A DNA stretch of 63,856 bases, filler included, from Octopus bimaculoides (Eukaryota), in NCBI RefSeq assembly GCF_001194135.2. It is 6 parts of 5 records of this genome, joined end to end, with 100 filler letters (N's around TTAATTAATTAA, not from the genome) between each part and the next. Parts side by side here need not be neighbours in the genome. Positions count along the whole stretch, not along the records: positions 1 to 12,403 come from NC_068983.1; 5 more parts are not named here. One strand, 5' to 3'. A program made the position numbers and the translations under genes. How positions within the stretch are numbered: position 1 is the stretch's first letter; each line of letters begins with the position of its first letter. Shown here in pieces: positions 1 to 11,010 of the stretch. A model generated the notes under the pieces. That model did not search any database and was not told where the DNA came from. It worked only from the letters and a program-made list of their open reading frames with translations.

Positions 1-28
<28 letters not shown>

Positions 29-31
<3 letters not shown>

Positions 32-143
32 CTTGCTTCCCAACCACATAGGCAAGTGTGTGCTACTGTAGACTCAGGCCGACCAAAGCCTTGCGAGTGG
101 ATTTGGTAGATGGAAACTGAAAGACGCCCGTTGTGTGTGTGTG
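29..143 (+). mobile_element. SINE family B, 5' head fragment
   Basis: GCTTGCTTCCCAACCACAT..GGCAAGTG..GGCCGACCAAAGCCTTGCGAGTGGATTTGGTAGATGGAAACTGAAAGA matches the reverse complement of the heads at 13836-14224 and 55331-55791. Confidence 0.85.
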
Positions 144-872
144 TTGAAGCAAACAGGAGAAAAAGAACTGTTAGTAAGTGCATATATATTTTTTAATCGG
201 TTGTAAAGTTACATAAGTGGCTCAAGATCTGTGAGTTTGTCATACAAGAGACTCTCGGCTCATTTTAAATTAACACTGTAACCCACGTGCGATCGATTTT
301 TCTCAAACAAGGTTAAAAAACTGAATAAGGGATAAAAATATCTCGCTGTGACAGAGGAAACATGATAATATGCGATTAGCTGAACACACAAATCGGCTTT
401 TGGCCAAGGTCAACAGAAAAGAACACCAGGGTGAAGGAGAAGGGTGAGCAAAGACATACAGAGACACAGATACGTACCTTAAGTCTGAGTATGTAGAAGA
501 AGGAAAAGAGACAGAGAAAGAGCAAAAGAGATGTTCTCTTTCGCATACACATATACAAAAATAAATACAAACAAAACAGCTAGGCACAACTGGTAGATGT
601 GGGAAGAGAGGAGAAAATGAGGGAAAAAGTAGGCATACAATAAAACTAGTCATTATACAACCACTCCTCCATATTCTCTCCTCCCCTCATACCAGTACGT
701 CCATCGACCATTTGCGAGTAGCCGCTCTATCTATATGTATTTTTCTGTGTACGTACTTGTGTGTGCATGTGCGTGCATGTATGCTTGTGTGCTTCTTTCT
801 AGACCGACCTAAAAGGCGCGCGTATTTGTATGTATATATGTATGTATGCATGCTTTCCTGCATATACGTATG

Positions 873-904
<32 letters not shown>

Positions 905-905
<1 letters not shown>

Positions 906-1165
906 TTCACTTTCCTCCAGTATAGTTTTGACCTCATCTACAGAATTCCTATTTTGCCGTCCAAATGATTTTGAAGACTGCGGAATAAATGATAATCAGA
1001 TGGGGCAATGTCCGGTGAATATGGTGGGTGGGGCATCGTTTCCCATTCAAACTACTCCGGCCTTTGGAATGTCATCCTCGCTGTATGTGGCCGAGCATTA
1101 TCCTGATGGAAGAATACTTTTTGTCATGAAACCAAAGATAGTCGTTTTTCTTCTAGCGCTGACTT
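905..1165 (-). mobile_element. mariner (Mos1/SETMAR-like) transposase C-terminal fragment, decayed
   Basis: Minus-strand translation KVFFHQDNARPHTARMT..WETMPHPPYSPDIAPSDYHLFRSLQNHL contains the mariner QDNAxPH and YSPDxAPxD motifs; internal stops. Confidence 0.9.
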
Positions 1166-2413
1166 AAGCCGCTCAAGCTGCTCGCAGTAGGTCTTTGTTT
1201 TTGGCTTGGGTTTAAATGTTCAAAGTGGACTAAACATTTCGTATCCCACCAAACNNNNNNNNNNNNNNNNNNNNNNNNNNNNNNNNNNNNNNNNNNNNNN
1301 NNNNNNNNNNNNNNNNNNNNNNNNNNNNNNNNNNNNNNNNNNNNNNNNNNNNNNNNNNNNNNNNNNNNNNNNNNNNNNNNNNNNNNNNNNNNNNNNNNNN
1401 NNNNNNNNNNNNNNNNNNNNNNNNNNNNNNNNNNNNNNNNNNNNNNNNNNNNNNNNNNNNNNNNNNNNNNNNNNNNNNNNNNNNNNNNNNNNNNNNNNNN
1501 NNNNNNNNNNNNNNNNNNNNNNNNNNNNNNNNNNNNNNNNNNNNNNNNNNNNNNNNNNNNNNNNNNNNNNNNNNNNNNNNNNNNNNNNNNNNNNNNNNNN
1601 NNNNNNNNNNNNNNNNNNNNNNNNNNNNNNNNNNNNNNNNNNNNNNNNNNNNNNNNNNNNNNNNNNNNNNNNNNNNNNNNNNNNNNNNNNNNNNNNNNNN
1701 NNNNNNNNNNNNNNNNNNNNNNNNNNNNNNNNNNNNNNNNNNNNNNNNNNNNNNNNNNNNNNNNNNNNNNNNNNNNNNNNNNNNNNNNNNNNNNNNNNNN
1801 NNNNNNNNNNNNNNNNNNNNNNNNNNNNNNNNNNNNNNNNNNNNNNNNNNNNNNNNNNNNNNNNNNNNNNNNNNNNNNNNNNNNNNNNNNNNNNNNNNNN
1901 NNNNNNNNNNNNNNNNNNNNNNNNNNNNNNNNNNNNNNNNNNNNNNNNNNNNNNNNNNNNNNNNNNNNNNNNNNNNNNNNNNNNNNNNNNNNNNNNNNNN
2001 NNNNNNNNNNNNNNNNNNNNNNNNNNNNNNNNNNNNNNNNNNNNNNNNNNNNNNNNNNNNNNNNNNNNNNNNNNNNNNNNNNNNNNNNNNNNNNNNNNNN
2101 NNNNNNNNNNNNNNNNNNNNNNNNNNNNNNNNNNNNNNNNNNNNNNNNNNNNNNNNNNNNNNNNNNNNNNNNNNATATATACATATATACATATATGTAT
2201 ATATATATTTATATATACATAGGCAAAAAGAAAATAAAGTTATAATTGGTTATGTTAAAAAAATAGATTCTGAAATTTGGAGACGCGAAGAGAATAATTT
2301 CTTCCAAAATATATATATTATTTGAAAAACTTTGTGATTTCTTTGAAAGCAACCAGAATATTAATAAAAAATATTATGCGAATATTTCTATTCCTATTCG
2401 GCTGTAAATACTC

Positions 2414-3593
2414 CAGAGGTTCGACACGTTTTTTTCGAACACCTGAGATGTAAGGCTTATATAGACACTTAGTGATAAAAGCACAATGTAGACATTTGTA
2501 TAAATTTCCTGTTGTGATTGCACTCCCTGAGCACATATGTAAAAATTAAATTAGTATTTTATGAAAATTTTATAAAAACCATGCGAGAATATTTTTCAGA
2601 CAATACCACCTAGCTTCAGTAGTCCACACACTTGTCTTTCTTTTCGATCATTTGCACTGCTCGTTCATTCTACCGGACAAACACATTCATCATAACATCT
2701 CTTGGTTTCTATCAGTCTTTTTTTTACCTCCTAAAATTGTTTCCATAATTCTGCCTCACTTGTCACCAGTGGTCCATCATACATAAGCTGTGACAACATT
2801 TGCTATATATTTTCAATTATGTTCAAGTCTGGACTTCACGCTGACCATTCCAGTAGACTTATTTTCAAGTCTTGCATACATTCTGTGACTGTTTTTGACA
2901 CATGAATGCTGCAGTTATCCTGTTGGGGTATAAAATCATCTCCCATTTCTTCTCTAATACAGGGCAAGGCTCTCGTTTGCAACAAATGAGTATAGCTCAT
3001 GCTGTTCTGCCTTCTTTTCAGCCACTCTAACCAAAAATAACCACTTGGAAAGGCCAGTACACGGACACAATCATCTTCACTCGTCTTTGAGCTCTCTTCC
3101 CAAGCGACTTTTTCCTCCATCTTTTCATCTTCTTCCGGTTATAGTCATTCTTTGACATATGTTCTACTGTAAACTTCGAAATCTCCAAATTAACAGCTAT
3201 TTTTCCCAGGTCATATCTCTTTCTTCGAACTGAAGAATTTATTTCCTCTGAATGCATTTTCATCCGAAAAAAAAATGTTTTTCTCGACTAAAGAAAGGTT
3301 TTTGAGGGATAATTCTTATCGGATTAATGCATGCTGCCTTTGCTCTAGAAAATTTGCATATAAAAGTTTGAAGCATTCTATTACGTCGTAAAAATAACGA
3401 CATACGTGTCGTTATTTATATCAAAATATGTACAAAAAAAATGTTCGCAGTAAAGAAAAGACTGAAACAAGCATCTTACTTTCAGTCAATTTAAAGTTCA
3501 CAGGTATGTGCTCAGCTATACTAAGTAGCTCCACGAAATAAACTTTCTAGAAATACAACTTCTCAGGTGTCTGAAAAAGTTTGTCAACCCCTG
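2414..3593 (-). mobile_element. Tc1-like DNA transposon, near full length, decayed
   Basis: Minus strand DDFIPQQDNCSIHVS..LLEWSA*SPDLNIIENI. Imperfect TIRs: CAGAGGTTCGACACGTTTTTTTCGAACACCTGAGA (2414-2448) vs the reverse complement of 3561-3593, CAGGGGTTGACAAACTTTTTCAGACACCTGAGA. TA on the right flank (3594-3595). Confidence 0.85.
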
Positions 3594-4209
3594 TATTCCC
3601 AAGGATTTACTTTCTTTTAGATGCTGAGAGTTCCATTCTAGACAGGGGTGGGGGCTTTAACTTCTTCCCACATCAACAGCAGCAAAATAACAAAATCTTG
3701 TTAAGTAAAATGATTAAAGGTAATTGATTAAAGGTAATTGGAATAAATCGAGAAAGCATGGATGTACAGAAGGCGGTCGCAAAAAACGAAAATTACGAAG
3801 CGAAATTTTTACTTTGTTGTAAGTAGGAAAACATCTAACATGATTTGTTGGCGATTTACAGATAAAGCAGATTAAATAAATAAAGAATTAGTTTTAAATT
3901 CATGCTTAAAGGAAAATCTACTATTTCTTAGTGAGGGTGGTGACAGCAAGAGACATCTTTCAGTGTTGTCGGACGACAAACATAGGTTTCTACATATAGA
4001 AAATGAATGCGAATAACTTTTAGCGAGCCGGAAATTAGTTTGAAGGGTTCGTTCGTCAAACAATGTAACTCCACTGAACTAAGGACAAGTTAAACTTTGT
4101 TGACCTCTTGTTGAAGAAACCTAGCTTTGTTTAACTTTCAAAAGCGTTTTAGACAATTTAACGCCCTCATTCGCGAACTCTAAGTATTTTGATAACTCAG
4201 TGACCAAGC

Positions 4210-5180
4210 TGGTCTCCCGATAAAACCAGCTGACAAAAGTTGTACTGATGTTGTTTGGTGGACTAATCTCTACAGTGTGAAAGCTTTCTGATAGATCAAC
4301 ACTACTAACTACTACCGAAAGCTATCTAGGAATATTACACTCTAGAATCAAAAAATTTTATCTTGGACCATTAAGCACTTACATCTTTCTATTCACTCCT
4401 TTCACCACAACCAACCTTACCATAAACACACCTCGAACCTCCACTATTTTCTTCCCAAACTACATTCACCCTACATCCCTATCAACGTAATATTTCCGCC
4501 TGTAAGTGCCCCAACGAAATCCTCTCCAGCTACTCTTGTTTCATCCCTTCACAGTCATGCCCCGCCAATTTATAGATACTAACTAAACTCATAACCTTCC
4601 CAACTACTTCTCTTTCCCTCCTAAACGTTCTCAATTTCTATTCACCATCGACATGAAATCCCTCTACATTGTCATAGTCCACAACGATGGAGTCTTAACT
4701 CGTCAACATTGTTTTCAATCTCTGCCTTTCACTTGAACAGCAATACCATTCTCTATCTAACCTAATGTGGCCTTCACTTGAACAACTGTTTTTCCTTCTG
4801 TAGTGAGCTCTACCAGTAAGCCACTGGTATGTCTAGACACGCCAAGGTGTCTCCTAGTTACACTAACTTCTTTGTGGGCTGTATTGAGGCTCAGATCCTC
4901 TCCCATTTCTCCGGAACCACTTCAGGATTTTTATACGCTCATTATATTTTCGATTGTAATGGCAACATATAACTCTCTAAGGATTAACTAGCTGCCTTCA
5001 GTTTTAAGATCACCAAATTTATTCTGCTATGAAACATACGTCTACAATCTCCAACACTTCTGTCACTTTGCTACACAGCCTACCCATTCCTATCGAAAGC
5101 CTTCCTGTCTCTATATTTCAGTGAACTGTAAGTTTGTTGACTCGCAGTTTAAATCCCAGTCCCACTAATGTCACCACAAA
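4210..5180 (+). mobile_element. Penelope-like element reverse transcriptase, decayed
   Basis: IKPADKSCTDVVW (4220), FLFTIDMKSLYIVIVHNDG (4635) and TGMSRHAKVSPSYTNFFVGCIEAQIL..HYIFDC (4823-4956) appear in the order of the PLE RT motifs IKPADKG / FTxDVxSLY / GxAMGxxxxPSYANLF / YIDD; stops and frameshifts. Confidence 0.85.
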
Positions 5181-5756
5181 CTCTAACTAGTCCCAGCCTT
5201 AGTGCATGCCATAGACCTACTCGATCAAGGCTGACCTAGAGCTACAGAATAAAAACTGCAATCCTTATTTATTAAACATACCTATTTTCCTCAATATAAT
5301 GATCCTAGTAAACTAATGGATCAGTATATTCATGAAAGCAAATTCACAAATACAGAAATTACAGATATATAATAAATCATTTTGATGACAATGTGTGCAC
5401 GGTGGAAAGCAATTAGGTTAATACACCATACCCAACACAATGCAACACAAAAGAAGCAAAAATAATAATAAATGGACCAGACAAATATCAAATAAGGCGT
5501 GAGAAAAAAGAACAATTGAAGTCTTAAACCAACAGTTGACTTGTGAGATATTTCATATTTCTTTTTGTTGATAAATGAATGGTATAAAAAGAAAGAACTG
5601 AGTGTTGCATGTTTGCTTTTCCCTTGGACATGTTCACGTGTTTCACAATCTATAAAGGAAAAGGTATTTGAAATTTAACAATGAAATATTTACCGAATAA
5701 ATTAATAAAATAAATAAATAAATAAGTAGGTTTGCAAACATAGTTATGAGGTTAAA

Positions 5757-5850
5757 AGGTTCGTTCCTCAACCACATGGTTTCGGATCTGAGATAATTTG
5801 GGCAAGTGTCTTTTATTATAACCTTCGCTTGAGCCATACTTTATGAGATA
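5757..5850 (+). mobile_element. SINE family B head fragment, degraded
   Basis: CAACCACATGGTTTCGG..TTTGGGCAAGTGTCTTTTATTATAACC resembles the other family B heads. Confidence 0.6.
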
Positions 5851-6243
5851 AATTTTTCTGCAGTTACTCTACAGAATACGCGTGCAGTAGCATAGTTGGA
5901 GCGGAGCACGGAGGCAATCCGCTTTAGACGACGTTTTATGGGTATGCAGCAAACTCAAGACTTACCCCAGGTGGCACACACTCTAGCTGCACTACTGCAC
6001 GTGTGTATGTATATGCGTACACATGTGTATGAATGTATGCATGAGTGTGTGTATTAATATGACCGTGTATGTGTGAGTCAACTAGAGGCTGTAGAAAATG
6101 CTATTTATTCAAGATGCCACGGGCTACAATAGAACCTAGGACCTCATAGAGTCGAAGCGAACCTCATAACCATGTAACCATATTGCACTTCACACATACG
6201 CACACACACACATACACATATACATATACATACATACACACAC

Positions 6244-6244
<1 letters not shown>

Positions 6245-6309
<65 letters not shown>
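6245..6309. repeat. (GATA)n microsatellite
   Basis: Direct inspection. Confidence 0.95.
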
Positions 6310-6601
6310 GATTTATTCCATTGCAATCACCTGGGACCTCATTTTTTTAATTAATTCTTTTTTAACTAAACAGTTTGAAACTTCGAATACTGGTAGAATT
6401 TCTCGCGTAGAACATGGTTTTCTTTGAATGTTTTTGACAAAATTTCCTATTTTAGAAGTTATTTCGTGTTAAAGTTGTCGTATTTGGGTAATTTCAACCA
6501 ATCAACGACGTGTATTCGGTTGAAGAAAGCTACTGCTGTTTGCGATAGTAATCGAAGAGGAACAACTTCCGGGTCATCTCTACTAAATGTCACCACTCTG
6601 T

Positions 6602-6737
6602 TCTATTGGTCACCTTTATCCTTCCTTCCTATCTAGTCAGTACCATACATTCCTTACTCTTTCCCTTCCTCTATTCGTCACCTTTATCTTTTCTTCCTTT
6701 CTAGTCAGTACCGTGCATTCCTTACTCTTTCCCTCCC
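6602..6737. repeat. 68-bp pyrimidine-rich tandem duplication (2 copies)
   Basis: TCTATTGGTCACCTTTATCC..CTAGTCAGTACC..CATTCCTTACTCTTTCCC begins at 6602 and again at 6670. Confidence 0.9.
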
Positions 6738-6860
6738 TTATACACTATCAACTGGCAACCAGCGAGCGAACTTTTACTGCCACTACAATTACCGCATTTT
6801 CCGGTGTATAAACCGCTATTTGTTATGATAATGTTTTTTTTATCTAATAAAGACTTTTAT

Positions 6861-6950
6861 ATTTATTTCTTTATTGCCCACAGAGGGCTAAACAGAGAGG
6901 GGACAAACAAGGACAGACATAGGGAGTAAGTCGATTACATCGACCCCAGG
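6861..6950 (-). mobile_element. SINE family A 3' tail fragment
   Basis: Reverse complement of the tail at 14465-14553 (GGGTCGATGTAA.CGACT..CCCT.TGTCTGTCCTTGTTTGTCC..GGGCAATAAAGAAATA). Confidence 0.8.
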
Positions 6951-7461
6951 AAATTTTGTCAAAAACGTTCAGAGTAAACCGTGTTCTACCGGTATTCGAA
7001 GTTTCAAATTGTTTAGTTAAAAAATAATTAGTTAAAAAATCTTGTAGTTTTCATAGAAATAATTTCTAAGACATCATTGAAAATTTTTTCTTAAATTTCT
7101 TCTTTAAAAAATGAAAGTAAAACTTTGTTTTTGCCTTTAAAAGCTTCAAAAGAAAAAATTCTGATTATAAATACCCTACTTCCCGTTTAACACGTGGAGA
7201 TATATTTCGTGTGTGTATCTAAGTATTTGAGTATTTAAAGAGAACAAGTTTGGATAATGTTACATTGTGCGAATGAATTAAACTGAATGGGTCGTGAGAA
7301 AGAGAGAGGTTTAGAGTGGGAAGGAAACGACAAACTGATGACTTTGTCTATTGTTAGTTTTATGTAATTGTTGAAGCATAGCTGCTTAACTTATTGTTGT
7401 TAGCATTTGATAGTATAATACAGTACATAGAAAATTATGTTGAAATATTTGCGTCATTCTT

Positions 7462-7668
7462 ATATCTTTTGTCTGTTTTAACCATTGGACTGCGGCCACG
7501 CTAGGGAACTCGCTTGGCAGGTTTAGTCGAGCAAATTGACCACAGAACTTATTTTTATGCCTGGTATTTATTCTATAAAATAAGTACCATTTGAGTACTG
7601 GGGGCGATATAATCGACTTATCCCTTCCCCCGAAACTGCTAGCCTTGCTCCAAGATTTGAAACCATTG
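7462..7668. mobile_element. SINE B tail (minus) fused to SINE A tail (plus)
   Basis: 7462-7575 TTGGACTGCGGCCACGCT..TTTAGTCGAGCAAATTGACC is a B tail in minus orientation; 7576-7668 AAAATAAGTACCATTTGAGTACTGGGGGCGATATAATCGAC..GATTTGAAACCATT is an A tail in plus orientation. Confidence 0.7.
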
Positions 7669-7741
7669 TTGTTGTTGCTGCTGCTGCTGCTGTTGTTGTT
7701 GCTGTTGTTGTTGTTGTTAGTAGTAGTAGTAGTAGTTTCAA

Positions 7742-7915
7742 AGCGGTGAGCCGGCAGATTCATTAGCACGCCGGAAAAAATGCTTAGCGACATTTTTTCC
7801 GACTTCACGTTCTGAGTTCAAATGCCGCCGACAATGCCTTTCATCCTATCGACGTTATCAACTATCCCCGTCCCCAAAAATGTCAGGCCTTGTACCTATA
7901 GTAGAAAGGATTATT
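7742..7915 (+). mobile_element. SINE family A, internally deleted
   Basis: GCGGTGAGCCGGCAGA..TTAGCACGCCGG..ATGCTTAGCG..GAGTTCAAATGCC (A/B-box-like), GCCTTTCATCCT, tail GGCCTTGTACCTATAGTAGAAAGGATTATT. Confidence 0.85.
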
Positions 7916-8335
7916 ACTTCCGCCTTCGCTATGGCGGAGGTCTTGTTTTCAGTCGTGTTTGTTTGTTTGTTTGTTTGTTTGTTTGCTTGTTTGTTTGTTT
8001 GCTTGTTTGTTTGTCCGTGGACAAGATATCTGAAGAACCGCTGGGTGGATTCGGATGAAACTTTCAGAGATGTTTGGCCTCACGGCTGGCACGAACTGAT
8101 TAGATTTTGGGATCGATCCGGTACCAGACAACGATTCTGGATTATTTTTCCGTTTTTTTTTTGTTTTTTTTTACTTAATTTTTGAGAGTGGTCGGGTTCA
8201 TTTTTAGTTTTCTCATTTGTGAGAGCAGTCGAGTTTATTTCAGATATTCTCATTTAAAAAATCCTCTCTGGCTAATTGTTGAGAGGATGCTGGTGTTGCC
8301 TTAACGGAGGTTTGCGCTCTCTGAGTGCTCTTGTT
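7911..8335 (+). mobile_element. Helentron-associated non-autonomous element (HINE/DINE-1-like)
   Basis: Starts TTATTACTTCCGCC..GGCGGAGG (5' hairpin/subTIR), then a (TTTG)n tract and a core TGGATTCGGATGAAACTTTCAG; ends AACGGAGGTTTGCGCTCTCTGAGTGCTCTTGTT (subTIR plus stem-loop); TT-rich insertion context. This is the HINE architecture. Confidence 0.8.
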
Positions 8336-8429
8336 ATTATTATCTTATAACTACAATACGCTATATTAGTTAGCAAGGATAGTGTCTTTAGGTTTGGTGC
8401 CAACGAATTTCCTCAAGTCACAGTCTTTC

Positions 8430-9075
8430 TAAAAATTCTTGCAGAATTCAGGATTGCATTTTTTAAGCAGGCATGCGCTTCCAGAAAAGTGCAGTCTCAT
8501 CAACATTGTATACTTGCTTTGGTGCGTAGACCATTTCAGCAATCATTTTCTTCAACTGCTCAAGATAAATGATAGCAGCCTCTGTATCAATGTTCGCAGT
8601 TTCACCATTTATTTTTATGTTGTGCAAGTTCATGCGCTTCTTAAACCTTTCAAACCAGCCTTTACTATCCGAAAACGGATTTTCATTAGCAGTTTCATCA
8701 TTTTTCTGTAAATTGATATATAAACATTTGGCTTTTTAAAACTTATCAGTACATTAAGCTGATTCTAATCCTCGATCCATTCTCTCAAAAGTCGTTCTAT
8801 CTTAAACATTACATTAGATCTGTGGAAAATTAAGGCCCGAACAGTTAACGGAGAAGCTTCTTCAGTATTTGACATACTTCTCTCTCTGTTGTCATGAAAT
8901 GTTCCCACTCTAGACGTTGCAAGATTTAATGTTTTGGTAATATAGCTTAGTTTTTCTCCCGTACCATCAAGTCTTTTTGAAACATTAAGTTTAATATCCA
9001 GTGTAATCCCCTTACTGTTACTTTTCGCACTACTGCGAAAAGAAAAGCTACTTGATAGCTTCTTTCCAGATATCT
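8430..9075 (-). mobile_element. pogo/Tigger-like transposase (CENP-B-type N-terminus to first catalytic Asp), decayed
   Basis: Minus strand GITLDIKLNVSKRLD..ERLLREWIED, then DSKGWFERFKKRMNLHNIKINGE..KQVYNVDETALFWKRMP*. Confidence 0.9.
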
Positions 9076-9771
9076 TAAATTTAAAATAAATAAAGCAGCA
9101 CCGGCGATAAATTATCCACAACACAAATGTAGTTTAGAAAGTGGTCCGGGAAAGATCTGTTTTGTGATAGCGGAAAATTGTTTTATTTCTATAGATGTAA
9201 TAATGAAAATTATATGAAAATGTGAAGAACTGGGGAAGAGTAAGTACTGTATGATTACAGTTAGATGAAAGGTTAGCAGATTTTATAGGCAATTTACCCC
9301 TTCCACTTCTGACTTAAGACATAGACTCAGACACACGCACGCACACACACACACCTACACACAATCATACACAAACACTCATACATATACACTCACGCGC
9401 AAGTACACACACACACACGCGCGCACTCATACATACACACTCGCTCATGCACGCACATGTGTTATCGTAAATGCTGACATCTGTTGAAGCTAGTTGGATT
9501 CTAAGATTGAATAGCTAATAGTAGTGATGGCGGCCGGGCATTGTTGGTGGTGTGGTGGTCATATTGTTCTTGCTAATTGTATTGTTGTGGCAATTTAGTC
9601 TCAAGTCAGTCTTCATAGACCTATGGTCAAAGACATTTCATTTAACTTTTAAAATACACTAGGATAGCACACTATGTTTTCATTTGAAATGGATTTGCTT
9701 ATCTTCTTCATACTATATATTACTATTACTGTTAGTGGTTGTGTCAATGTTGATGATAAAAAACACACATT

Positions 9772-9820
<49 letters not shown>

Positions 9821-9822
<2 letters not shown>

Positions 9823-10057
9823 ATATATATTTGTGTGTTTGCGTCTGTGTTTGTTCTCCCACCACCATTGCTTGACAACCGATGTTGGTGTGTTATGTCC
9901 CCCGTAACTGAGCGGTTCGGCAAAACGAACCGATAGAATAACTACTAGGCTTACAAAGAATAAGTCCTAAGGTCGATTTGTTCGACTAAAACCCGTTAAG
10001 GTGGGTCTCCAACATGGCCGCAGTCAAATGTCTGAAACAAATAAAAGAAAAAAGAAT
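9821..10057 (+). mobile_element. SINE family B 3' half, after a (GT)n tract
   Basis: GCTTGACAACCGATGTTGGTGTG..GAGCGGTTCGGCAAAA..CTAGGCTTACAAAGAATAAGTCC..CATGGCCGCAGTCAAATG..AAAAGA. Confidence 0.9.
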
Positions 10058-10129
10058 ATATACATATATATGTATGTATGTATGTGTGTGCATATATATA
10101 TAAATATATAAAATATATATATATATATA

Positions 10130-10673
10130 CGGGGTGGGCTATAATGACGGGACACATTTTATATGCTAGTATCTTGGATTATAAAAATGACATAGAGTAC
10201 AAAATATTTATTACATAATTGATATACAGGAGTTCAACATATTATCTAAACTTTGAATATTACATACTGGAGATGGTCACCACCACAAAGAGCTCACTTT
10301 CTCCCAACGAGACGTTGAAGGTCAGCCTGAGGATTTTTTTCTTCTCGATATCGCCTGTCTCACGGAAGCTTGTAACAGCACGCAGGATCACCTTTCGAGG
10401 TGGTGCCTGTCGTTTTCTAAAATGGTGTCGGAATTTTCTTTGGGTAGCAACGATGGATCTTTGACTGATGAAATATGCTTCGAGTTCGTATGCAATTTCT
10501 TTTGGAGTCAACGACATTGTGAGTATCCCCAACACCAACTACCTGTTAAAAATAGTAAAAATCTTAGAAAATATATATATCAACGATGTAATAAATATAT
10601 TCGGTACTCTATGTCATTTTTATAATCCAAGATACTAGCATTTAAAATGTGCCCCATCATTAAGGCCCACCCG
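10130..10673 (-). mobile_element. Non-autonomous Tc1/mariner deletion derivative with ~95-bp TIRs
   Basis: 10130-10226 is nearly the reverse complement of 10577-10673. The interior encodes an HTH N-terminus (SIVATQRKFRHHFRKRQAPPRKVILRAVTSFRETG) joined to a C-terminus (CGGDHLQYVIFKV*), with no catalytic domain. TA on the left flank. Confidence 0.9.
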
Positions 10674-10955
10674 TTGAGATATTTTCTTAACACGAAAACA
10701 ATGGTAGCCGTTATACGCAAATAAAGAATCTTTAAATGCCAATGCGGTGTTGAGAACTCACTGTCATTGTTCGACATTTACACACATATATGTATTGATA
10801 TTAATTACATTATATTTATATATGTGTATATGTGCGCATGTATGTGTGCAACGTGATGATAGTTTTTTCAAATCGTTAATTATATAATTTCATCTTGAAT
10901 AAAACACAAGTGGCCATTATGCTAAGAAGAAAGTGTAGTTTTGAATTGTCAACAA

Positions 10956-11010
10956 GCGGTGCCCCAGCATGACCACAGTCCAATGACTGAAACAAGTGAG
11001 AGATGAAAAG
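10956..11010 (+). mobile_element. SINE family B tail fragment
   Basis: GCGGTGCCCCAGCATGACCACAGTCCAATGACTGAAACAAGT. Confidence 0.75.

Noticed and set aside
3621-3719. 99-nt phase 1-1 open exon-like segment
   Set aside because: It abuts a Tc1 TIR, the donor lies in a local 14-bp duplication, and the peptide is unrecognisable.
7325-7350. GAAAC..CTGATGA as a hammerhead ribozyme
   Set aside because: CTGATGA sits in the loop of a simple GACAAA/TTTGTC hairpin; three-way junction stems are absent.
9195-9239. 45-nt segment with strong acceptor and GTAAGT donor
   Set aside because: Stop codons in all three frames; could only be a UTR exon and nothing else supports it.
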